Of a stretch of 64,000 nucleotides of DNA, positions 40,970 through 50,179 are shown piece by piece. Numbering within the stretch: the stretch's first letter is position 1; each line of letters opens with the position of its first letter. Under the pieces are notes generated by a model. It was given only the letters and a program-made list of their open reading frames with translations, did not search any database and was not told where the DNA came from. Origin of the DNA: Octopus vulgaris (taxonomy: Eukaryota); NCBI GenBank assembly GCA_951406725.2, contig OX597822.1, forward strand, positions 25,482,001 to 25,546,000, written 5' to 3'. The position numbers were made by a program, and so were the translations under genes.

Positions 40970-42648
40970 GGTCGTGGTTTTTTCGGCTCCTGAAATTCGG
41001 TAAAAAAGAACAAAAAGCGTTGTTGTTGTTGTGGAAATTCTGAACGGCGTTGACGCGGTTTCGCGTTTCGCTCGTTCAGCGCGTTACACTTTTTCTGTTT
41101 TGGCGGCCGTTTTTCGGTCGGAGGCGACTATGAGCCGCCTCCATCAAGCGGAGGAGATGGAAGGGAGAATTTACTCTGAAATTTCGACGGAAGTATCGAC
41201 ATCTGAGGAGGAGTTGGCGGTGAAAAAGATGGAAGGCACCTACGCAGGTGTAACGAAGAAGTCAACGGAAAGAGAGATAGACCTGGCTAAGTTGGCGGGC
41301 CTCCAGGAGTTTGTGAAGGAGGACGAGAACGGTGAAGTCGAGCTGCTGCATCCAGTAGGGCGCGGAGACTGGTTCCATCGTAGAACCATTAAATATAAAG
41401 TATTTATGAATGGAGGTAGAAAGATGGAAGTAATCAACATGGAAGCAATTGAAGAGGCTCTCAAGCAGACAGGAGAGGAAATTGTGTACATGACAAAAGG
41501 ATTACAATACGGAACGATAACGGTGCAATTTAAAAGCGAAAAAGCAGCCAGGAATGTAGCAGCCAAGGTGGTGAGTACAGAAAAGATTTACTTGTTACCC
41601 TCGTATCTGAATAGGCGGACAACCAGAATTAGGGTGGAGGGAATACCTCCACACCTAGAGGGCGAATTAATAACGGCTGCGGTTATAAAAGGAAATGAAG
41701 ATAAAGTGGACATCCTCCACGCCATTATGAAGTATGAAGGCGTGAGAGGTGCCACACTAGTTATGAACATTCAAGCGGAGGCGGATGTTATAGAGAGGAT
41801 TACGGACAGCATAAAAACTGGAAATATTATTATGAGAGTGTGGGTGGAGGGTAGGGCGCCCAGGTGCTACAAGTGTGGCCAAAGGGGTCACATAAGAGCC
41901 TACTGCCCTCCCCCACCAAAGGAAAAAGAAAAGGAAAGCGTTGAGGAAGCCTCAGGAGAGGAAGAAAATAAACAGAAACAAACAGAGAAGGAAACGACAG
42001 AAGAAGAGGAGATGCAACAAGAGTGGAAAGAAGGGGGAACAAAGAGAAAAAGAAGGAAAAAGAAAAACTGTGCGAAGCCCCAACCCACCCCGACACCACC
42101 CATACCCTTGGAGTCCCATCCTTCCCCTGCAGACAGTGAACCCACCCGCTCCCCTCCAACAAGAAAACAAAAGAAAAATAATAATACAGACAGACAAGAG
42201 TTTGAAAACGAACCCAGGCCGAACATTTATATTGTGACGGAACAGAAAGAGGTTGAAAGGGTAATGGAGGAGTATGAATGGTATGAAATGGATGGGACCA
42301 GATATGCAGTGCTGGAAAAGAAGAATATAGATGAGTTTGTGTTGAGGTGTGAAAGGGAGAATTGGGAGGTGAAAGATACAAGAATGAGCGATGAATTCGT
42401 GGAATATATGGAGGACAGTTTCGGAGTAAGAATGGATATGGATGGTCTTCGTATTGGGAATGAACATTCAGGTGACAGTGAAATCAAAAGGACAGGTAAG
42501 TGATGCTGGCGGAGGGGGCCGTTAGCATCGCTTTCATATTATCATTTTTCATTTTCATTTGCTCATAAATTTAATCATATTGTTCTATGTCCCCCATGTT
42601 TTGTTATGTCCGCCATTCTTCGTAGCCCCTGGTGGGTAATAAAGAAAT
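40970..42648 (+). mobile_element. ORF1-only retroelement, unit U5
   Basis: Preceded by a copy (40905-40966) of the array's upstream flank 33936-33997; 3' GCCCCTGGTGGGTAATAAAGAAAT. Confidence 0.85.
41031..42503 (+). CDS. ORF1 (gag-like) protein with CCHC knuckle, intact
   Basis: Identical to U2 up to ...ESHPSPA, then a U3/U4-type C-terminus. Confidence 0.85.
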   Translation: MEILNGVDAVSRFARSARYTFSVLAAVFRSEATMSRLHQAEEMEGRIYSEISTEVSTSEEELAVKKMEGTYAGVTKKSTEREIDLAKLAGLQEFVKEDENGEVELLHPVGRGDWFHRRTIKYKVFMNGGRKMEVINMEAIEEALKQTGEEIVYMTKGLQYGTITVQFKSEKAARNVAAKVVSTEKIYLLPSYLNRRTTRIRVEGIPPHLEGELITAAVIKGNEDKVDILHAIMKYEGVRGATLVMNIQAEADVIERITDSIKTGNIIMRVWVEGRAPRCYKCGQRGHIRAYCPPPPKEKEKESVEEASGEEENKQKQTEKETTEEEEMQQEWKEGGTKRKRRKKKNCAKPQPTPTPPIPLESHPSPADSEPTRSPPTRKQKKNNNTDRQEFENEPRPNIYIVTEQKEVERVMEEYEWYEMDGTRYAVLEKKNIDEFVLRCERENWEVKDTRMSDEFVEYMEDSFGVRMDMDGLRIGNEHSGDSEIKRTGK

Positions 42649-42878
42649 AACATGGAGGAAAGCAATTCATTGCGTTATTAGTAAGTTGATATATATTTTT
42701 GCTCTCATACTACTTATCTCTGTTATTATATACTGTTGGTCTACCTTTTTTGTCCATTGTTGTCTAACGGACGAAGTCAACCTTCGCGCGAAGACTTCGC
42801 GTTGGTGTTCCCCCCTCAGTGGGGGAAAACTACAATCAATTTAGATTACCAAAGGCTTGTTAAAGCCATTTGTTCAAA

Positions 42879-44256
42879 ATGGAGTCCCCCATCACTTATT
42901 CGCCCGTGACGAGCGAGGATGAATACCCGGCGTTGTCGCCAAGTAAAAAAGAGGCGTTGTCGCCAAGAAAAAAAGAGGCGCTGTCGCCGAAGAAAAAGAG
43001 GCGGCGTCGCCCAAGAAAATGGTAAAACCAGTACCAGCATCAACTCCAGCAAAAAAATTCGCTGAAGTGGCTGGGAAGAAAATTAAAAAAATTAACGTGG
43101 ACAACCTGGGAAAACATGCGGACTGTGTGTCAAAAGAGGGCACGGAAGTAACCGTGGCTTCAAACGCCCAAATACAGGAGGATATTTCGAATAGGAGAAT
43201 AATCTATAAGACATTCAGTATAACAAACAGAGCAATCCAAAAAATAGAGGAGAAAAAGATTGAAAACTGCTTAAAGCCAATAATGGATAAAATTACGTAT
43301 ATCAATCGAGGGAAGAAATACGGCACAGTGGAGGTGAGATTCACGTCAGAGGAGGTAGCGAAGAAGCTATCCATGGAACCCATAAAAGCGGAGGATATTG
43401 TTCTCCTACCCCTGTATAAAGGCAAGAGAACTTCCAAAATCACTATGAACAACATCCCGCCAGAAGCGGATGCCGAAGTCCTAGTAGCAGCAGTTATGGT
43501 AGGCCTGGAGGAAAAAATAAACATCCTCCAGGCCACCGTAGAAGAAGAAGAATTCTGGAAAGGGCAAAAGATAATAATAGCTATACAAGCAGAAGTACAA
43601 ACCCTGGAAGAGATCCCAGAGACTCTAAGGATAAGCGAAGATGAAAGAGTCACAGTCTTCGTAGAGGGCAGAAAGCCGAGGTGCTTCGGCTGCGGTAAGA
43701 AGGGGCATGTAAGGGCGGAATGCCAGCCCCAACCCAAACCGCAGGAAGCACCTAAGCCAAAAGGAAAAGAAGACAATGTGTCACCAGAAGCAGCGTCAGA
43801 CGGCCCAGAAGGGAAGACTGAAGGTGTGGAGGTGATGGTAACAGCAGAACCAGCGGCGGAGAAAAAAAGAGCGAGGAAAAGATAAATGAGGAGGGGTGGG
43901 CAAAAATTATCGGAAAAAAAAAAAGAAAAACGGAAACCACCCCTCCCAGAGTAATTTTAAAAAAGAAAAAAGAGTCAATGAACTCATATATGGCCGTAAA
44001 AGCATCAAATAGCAGACTCGGAAACGTGTTGGCAGCCATGGCCAATGTGAAGAGAGTAGAGAAAAAAAATGACTTTCTAATTTACAAAATAGACCGGAAG
44101 GATTACGGGCGGATAAAGTCAGAATTCTTCCATGACGTAGGCCCACTTAGGTTGGATGTAACATCTCCACATATATTCGAGGGCCTACGTCAGACTCCCC
44201 CACGAGGCCCAGAAAAAGAGAAGGAAGAAGAAGAAAAAACCGAACCACTGATATAA
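42879..44256 (+). CDS. LINE ORF1 (RRM-like + CCHC), split by two 1-nt frameshifts in A-runs (~42995, ~43865)
   Basis: ATG at 42879 (MESPITYSP...), ORF 43019-43885 with CFGCGKKGHVRAEC, continuing into 43978-44256. Confidence 0.8.
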
Positions 44257-44265
44257 AGGTAAGTA

Positions 44266-47200
44266 ATGGATTACATTTATGTTGGTTGTTTAAATGTGCG
44301 CGGCCTGGGAGCAGGCTGGAAGCAAGGTCGCTTCCTGCATGATATCAGGTCGCGTAATTTAGATGTTATTGTTGCTACAGAAACCCGGCTAGAGGGGCCA
44401 AGAGGTCTACTCCCGCTGTTTGACGGCTACGAGAGTTTTTTCTCTCCTGGCAGTCCTACAGGCGGGAGTGGGGTGTTGGTCCTATTAAAAAGAAACCGGG
44501 TTTCTGAGAAAAAGTTAATTTTTGCAGATCCAGAAGGTAGGCTTGTCGTCATGGATTTGACGTTCAGTAATGGTAAAGTTATCAGACTGGTTGCAATTTA
44601 CGCACCCAACCATACAGGGCAAAGTGATTATTTTCGTGAAATAGAAAACTTTCTTGGTACTTCGCATTCATTAGTGGTGCTAGGAGACTTTAACACAATT
44701 TGCAAAGCGGATGTAGATTATGTTGGCTCGTGTCCAGATAGAAAAGGCAACAGTGGCTTCATGGAACTGCTAAGCCGCTTTGAGCTAGCAGATCCTTATA
44801 GGCTGGAATTTCCGAACGCTCCATTGTGGACATGGTCAAACAGCGACGGATCTTCCAGGTCGTATCTAGATAGAATACTAATTAGAAAAGTAGACAGTAA
44901 AATAGCTAAGTGTCCACAGTTTTACCCGATCAGCTACAGTGATCATAAAATGGTCACTTGTAAGCTTGACATAGATAAGGTTAAAAATAGAGGATCCGGT
45001 TACTGGAAACTTAATACGTCCCTTTTGGCGATTAAGGAGTACAAAGACCGGATTAGGAATATAATTCAGAGGGCACTATCTGGTACCATCATTAATAACA
45101 AATGGTGGTACGCCCTCAAACGAGCCATCAAGTTTGAGTCTATTAGATATAGCATAGGAGTAGTGGCTAGAGAGGCTAGAAGGGAAACTACTCTAGTTAA
45201 GGAATTAGAGGAAGCCATGAAAACTGGCTCTGCGGCTCAGGTGGCGGCCAAGAGACTGGTGTTAAACCAGCACCTCGAGGCCAAACACATGGGCTGCATT
45301 GTCAGGGCTAGAATCCGTCATATGGGATGTGAAGGAATCAACGCCGTGAGATGGGCCCGAGTGGTGGAAGCTCAGCATGGTAACGATGCCACGATTCGAT
45401 CTTTGACGAACCAACAAGGTGAGTTGATAAACGAACCCGAGGAGATGTGTGAGGCCTTTCAGGAGCACTTCGCTCAGCTTTTCGGTGAGTGCGGCGGACT
45501 GGATAGGAGGAGGGCCTTTACGGACCTACTCGACGGTCTGCCGCGCTTATCGGGGCGAGATGCGGAGGGCTGTGAAGGGCCAATCACGCCTGAGGAGGTG
45601 GTTGAGGCAATGGCAGACTGCGGCGCGGGCAAGGCGCCGGGTTTGGATGGTCTACCCTATGAGTTATATAAGAGTATGCCAGACTTGTTCGGGCACCTAC
45701 TGGCGGAGGTCTACGCGAACTGGCAGCAGAACGGGCTTATACCCAGATCTGTGCGCCGGGGAGTAGTGACTCTCGTCAGAAAGGACCCGAGCAAGGGGGA
45801 GTGCATTGATAATTTCAGGCCCATCACTCTGCTAAACACAGAGTTGAAGATTTTGGCCAAAGTGTTATCGAAAAGATTGGCGCGTGTCGCGGATGGTCTG
45901 ATCGGAGGGGCACAGACATGTGCCGTTCCGGGCAGATCCATTCAGGATAATCTCCATCTAATGCGGTACACTATAGAGGGGTTTAATAGTGATTCTGGCA
46001 AGGGTGGGGCACTGGTCCATTTAGACCAATCTAAAGCTTTTGATAGGGTCGACCATCGTTACCTGGTATCTGCCCTGGCACAGTTCGGGCTGAGCCTTGG
46101 ATTCCTCAGGTGGATTATCGAAATTTATGATAACATCGACTCGGTAGTTCGGGTGAACGGCTTCTTGTCGAAGCCGTTCAAAATCAAACGCTCGGTTCGT
46201 CAAGGGTGTCCGCTCTCCCCGCTTTTGTACGTGATGGCTCTTGAGCCATTACTGCGAAAACTGAGCGGCATCCCGAGACAGCCAGGTAATGGAAAATCAG
46301 TGTCAGCGTACGCGGATGACATCACCATCATCGTAACCGAAATGGACCACCTATGTAAAGTAGGCAAGGCCATAGAGGTGTACGAGACGGTGACAGGAGC
46401 AAAAGTTAATCGCGAAAAGTCAGTCGGCTTGCAACTCGGCACCTGGAGAGGCAAGTCGATGCCTCCTGACAGCGTCGTGGGACGTTGGACGGAGGGTCCG
46501 ATTAAACTGCTAGGGGTCTGGTTCGGTCCAGACCTCCAAATAGAGAAGAATTGGGGCGAGGTAACGAGCAAGGTGGCTGCAGTAGCCAAGACCTGGTCTT
46601 GGCGGTGGCTATCCCTGAAAGGGAGGGCGGAGGTGGCCAATGTGTTTATCGCATCGGTTATCACCTACCGCCTTTCCGTCGTTCCTTGCCCTGATTCGTG
46701 GTTGATCAAGTTGGAAAGACAGCTCTTCTACTTCTTGTGGAAGGGCGGGAAACCACTTGTGAAACGCTCTACTTGCTGTCAACAACCGTTAAAGGGTGGG
46801 CTAGGGATGCCTTGGCTGATGATGCGCAGACATGCGCTGAGGTTAAGACATCTGTGGCTCTACCTGGATGGTGAACGGGTGTGGTCTTCGCTAGCAAAAC
46901 TGATGTTTCCCAAGTTCACTAGTTTCGGTGGATGGGAAACCTGGCTGAATCGTAGATCGAAACTTGGTACTTGGTACACGGAGTGTCGCAAGGCTCTCCT
47001 GCTATTCCGTCGCTCGGGCAACGCCTGCGGTGGGGGTTCCACCACTTTCTTCTATAGAGGGTTGGTAGAGGCGGAATGTGAAGATACCTTGGGGGAAACC
47101 CTAGGTCTCGACGATAATCAGCTGGCCAGTCTGTTCCGACGTACGTTCGAGCCAAGGACACTGGACAACTTCCAGAAGTCTCTGGCATGGCAATGCTACA

Positions 47201-47661
47201 GAGGAGCTCTACCTGTTCGGGATAAACTCGCAAGGCACGGTGGCCAAGACAGTCCGATATGTCCAAGATGCGGGCGGGATAGGGAAACCGTCCCGCACGC
47301 GATTGTTCATTGTCCGGACGTGTCTGAGGTGTGGGTTTATGCCGAACACCTGTTGTCAGGTACACGAAGAGTACAGCTGTCGACTGAGTCGATTACAAAA
47401 ATTGACCCACCGGATTTCCTCGTGAATGAAGGTAAGTTTCGTTTTCTCGTTGTAGTAGCAATCGCGAAAGAGGTGATATGGAAGACGAGAATGAAAGGTT
47501 TACAGTCAGGCAAGTTCATCTCCGGCCCTGGTTTGATGAATTATTTCATCTTTCACCTGAAAAGGAAGATAGGGCTGGAGAGAATATGCCTGACTAGGAG
47601 AGCGTATGAAGAACGATGGAAGGATGTAGCACGGAAGTTGCGAATGAAAGTTACAACATAA
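44266..47661 (+). CDS. LINE ORF2: APE endonuclease + reverse transcriptase + C-terminal Cys/His (zf-RVT-like) domain, 1131 aa, intact
   Basis: APE motifs LNVRGL, ETR, GDFN, LDRI, SDH; GYWKLN; RT motifs PGLDG, FRPITLLN, DQSKAFDRV, RQGCPLSP, YADD; CPRC-x8-H-x4-C. Confidence 0.97.
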   Translation: MDYIYVGCLNVRGLGAGWKQGRFLHDIRSRNLDVIVATETRLEGPRGLLPLFDGYESFFSPGSPTGGSGVLVLLKRNRVSEKKLIFADPEGRLVVMDLTFSNGKVIRLVAIYAPNHTGQSDYFREIENFLGTSHSLVVLGDFNTICKADVDYVGSCPDRKGNSGFMELLSRFELADPYRLEFPNAPLWTWSNSDGSSRSYLDRILIRKVDSKIAKCPQFYPISYSDHKMVTCKLDIDKVKNRGSGYWKLNTSLLAIKEYKDRIRNIIQRALSGTIINNKWWYALKRAIKFESIRYSIGVVAREARRETTLVKELEEAMKTGSAAQVAAKRLVLNQHLEAKHMGCIVRARIRHMGCEGINAVRWARVVEAQHGNDATIRSLTNQQGELINEPEEMCEAFQEHFAQLFGECGGLDRRRAFTDLLDGLPRLSGRDAEGCEGPITPEEVVEAMADCGAGKAPGLDGLPYELYKSMPDLFGHLLAEVYANWQQNGLIPRSVRRGVVTLVRKDPSKGECIDNFRPITLLNTELKILAKVLSKRLARVADGLIGGAQTCAVPGRSIQDNLHLMRYTIEGFNSDSGKGGALVHLDQSKAFDRVDHRYLVSALAQFGLSLGFLRWIIEIYDNIDSVVRVNGFLSKPFKIKRSVRQGCPLSPLLYVMALEPLLRKLSGIPRQPGNGKSVSAYADDITIIVTEMDHLCKVGKAIEVYETVTGAKVNREKSVGLQLGTWRGKSMPPDSVVGRWTEGPIKLLGVWFGPDLQIEKNWGEVTSKVAAVAKTWSWRWLSLKGRAEVANVFIASVITYRLSVVPCPDSWLIKLERQLFYFLWKGGKPLVKRSTCCQQPLKGGLGMPWLMMRRHALRLRHLWLYLDGERVWSSLAKLMFPKFTSFGGWETWLNRRSKLGTWYTECRKALLLFRRSGNACGGGSTTFFYRGLVEAECEDTLGETLGLDDNQLASLFRRTFEPRTLDNFQKSLAWQCYRGALPVRDKLARHGGQDSPICPRCGRDRETVPHAIVHCPDVSEVWVYAEHLLSGTRRVQLSTESITKIDPPDFLVNEGKFRFLVVVAIAKEVIWKTRMKGLQSGKFISGPGLMNYFIFHLKRKIGLERICLTRRAYEERWKDVARKLRMKVTT

Positions 47662-47906
47662 ATGTAATACCAAGTGCAACCAAAAGTATCAGTGGGGAGG
47701 CGGGGCTCGTGGGGTCCGAGCTAAACCCGCACCCACTCCACCCGTAATGTCTTCCGGTCTGTCCTATCACTCGATTTTTGTCCATTTATTGTTATTCATG
47801 AAAATTTTTAAACCCGATTTATTGTAAAAACCCATTCGTTTGTCTGACCCCATCATCAGATTGTATTGTCCCATCTGTGTTCGCCCCTTGTGGGTAATAA
47901 TAAAAC

Positions 47907-48200
47907 AACATGGAGGAAAGCACCTTCAAAAAGTATCTTTGTGCGACTATGAAAGGTATCTAATCAGAGGCGGTAAATTCGCCACAATAGAAGCAAGGTT
48001 CGAGTCAACGGAGCGTGCAAGGGAGTACTCGACTCGAACCTTGCAAAGTGGAAATATTTTATTTTTACCTTTATGTCTGGGATGTAGGTCGTACCGGAAA
48101 AAAAATTTTAATGCCCCCCCCCCCCCGAAGTAGAGGTAGGCTGGATTGTAGTCACACTTCTATACAAGAGGGAGGACAAGATACAATTGATCGAAATTAT
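47907..48200 (+). pseudogene. Degraded internal fragment of a related ORF1
   Basis: YLIRGGKFATIEARFESTERAREYSTRTLQSGNILFLPLCLG aligns to YINRGKKYGTVEVRFTSEEVAKKLSMEPIKAEDIVLLPLYKG. Confidence 0.7.
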
Positions 48201-48361
48201 AAGAGACGGGCTAACAATTCCAGTCTGTTATATATTTTGAGTATTGTTATCACTAGCGATATCAAGATATAACTTTGTATTTTGTATTTTATGTGTAGAT
48301 GTATATATATATAGATGCACATGTAATATGTACACATATATATATACACATATATACATGC

Positions 48362-48401
48362 ACTAGCACTATGACCCGGCAACGACGGGTCTTTAATGCT
48401 A

Positions 48402-48403
<2 letters not shown>
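48362..48403. mobile_element. Helitron-like 3' terminal hairpin ending in CTAG|T
   Basis: ACTAGCA..GACCCG-GCAACGA-CGGGTC..TGCTAGT. Confidence 0.5.
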
Positions 48404-48434
<31 letters not shown>

Positions 48435-48445
48435 CATACACACAC

Positions 48446-48492
<47 letters not shown>

Positions 48493-48870
48493 GGAATGAC
48501 AATCAGACAGACATACAGACTGACAAATAGTTAGATAGATAGTTTAGACACCATAAGCAAACGAGTAAGATTGGCAGTCTGTTGTTTTAGATGACTGTGT
48601 AGTCACGACCTCACATAGGAGCTCATTCAGTTCTCACATTCTTGATCAAGCGGTATGTCGACGTTGTGACAACTGAAAGGCAAGTGAGGAGCATGAGCAG
48701 TCAGTTAGTATTCATCTTCAATTTGGTTGACGGGAATAACGGGAATCGAACTCATGACCTTATGCTCTAGAGTCCAACATCTTTGGCCATGAGTCTACCC
48801 ACCCCCACATACACATACATATATACATGCATACACACATATGCGCAGCTGTATCTGTGTGGTAAGAAGA

Positions 48871-49273
48871 AGGCGGCGAGCTGGCAGAATCGTTAGCACG
48901 CCGGGCGAAATGCTTTGCGGTATTTCGTCTGCTGTTACGTTCTGAGTTCAAATTCCGCCGAGGTCGACTTTGCCTTTCATTCTTTCGGGGTCGATAAATT
49001 AAGTACCAGTTACGCACTGGGGTCAATATAATCGACTTGATCCGTTTGTCTGTCCTTGTTTTTCCCCTCTGTGTTTAGCCCCTTTTGGGTAGTAAAGAAA
49101 TAGGTATTTCGTCTGTCTTTACGTTCTGAGTTCAAATTCCGCCGAGGTCGACTTTGCCTTTCATCCTTTCGGGATCGATAAATTAAGCACCAATTACGTA
49201 CTGGTGTCGATCTAATCGACTGACCCCCTCCTAAAACATGTTGGGCCATGTGCCTAGAGTAGGAAAGAATATT
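48871..49273 (+). mobile_element. Nested family-A SINEs: a Tx1-tailed SINE within a host SINE head
   Basis: GGTATTTCGTCTG at 48919 and again at 49103, immediately after the tail GCCCCTTTTGGGTAGTAAAGAAATA. Confidence 0.8.
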
Positions 49274-50179
49274 AAGGTTAAAGTGTCTCTTGCTATATTA
49301 TATTCAATATTGTGTGAAAGAGTGTGTGTGAAGCATATATGACATTCTGTTGCATCATTTGTTGGGGACGAGAATAAGGAGGATCTGTTAACTTGTAAAC
49401 ACTATTGTAGTTGGAAGAATATTTATTGGTGACCTTCTTAAAAGTGGCTTCGTTGTTATAACAGAGTTATTATAACAGAGTTTTACATTGAGCTTGCTGT
49501 ATAACTTATATAATCTGCTATTAAGTCAATTGAAGTTAGTAGTTAATGCTATTTAAGTCAATTGAAGTTAGTACTTAAAGTTATTTTAGAGTACTGAAAG
49601 TACAGTTGATGTCCTTTCTTAATGTATCTAATCTGTCACCATTAATTGCTTTTGTTTTTCTTAACCCATCTTCCCTGTAAAGGTCAAAGCCCATTGTAGT
49701 GAGTACATCTAAGTTACATAAACGTACAAGATCTGATACACCCACGTTATCTCATAACCAGATTCTTCTGTCGAAAAAGTCCTTGGGTCACATACTTTTA
49801 CTCAAGGTTCTTGTATAACGATAAGCTTTTTCTTACCATTTTCTAACAAGTACATTTACATGGTTGTCGTCTGTTGTAGTTGTTATGAAATTCTAAGACG
49901 CTGCTCAATAATTTAATATTTCATTGATACTATTTAGAATCCCCTTATTAACTAATGGTGTCTCCAGTTATATGAGTTCAGTAAATTGCATTTAGAGCTA
50001 GATACAAAGCTTTGCTTATAGCTCTTAATCGTTTCCTTACGGTCCTTAATTGCTAGTTTTCAGGTTTTCGTTATGTCTCTAAGGCGGCGGGATGGCAGAA
50101 TCATTAGCGCGTCAGAAAACAATCCCTTACAGCCTTTGTTCTCGTTCTTAACATTTTGAGTTCAAATCACACTGAGAAC

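Larger units (their letters stand above)
42665..47906 (+). mobile_element. Full-length non-LTR retrotransposon, L1 superfamily, probably Tx1 clade
   Basis: 16-bp TSD AACATGGAGGAAAGCA (42649-42664 / 47907-47922); ORF1 + ORF2; 3' tail GCCCCTTGTGGGTAATAATAAA. Confidence 0.93.

Noticed and set aside
33998-42648. Interpretation as LTR-retrotransposon gag genes or a host zinc-knuckle gene cluster
   Set aside because: No LTRs, PBS, protease or introns; the units carry LINE tails and TSDs and are homologous to the adjacent LINE ORF1.
34794-47519. Antisense ORFs over the array and ORF2
   Set aside because: Shadow frames of purine-rich coding sequence with no recognisable domains.
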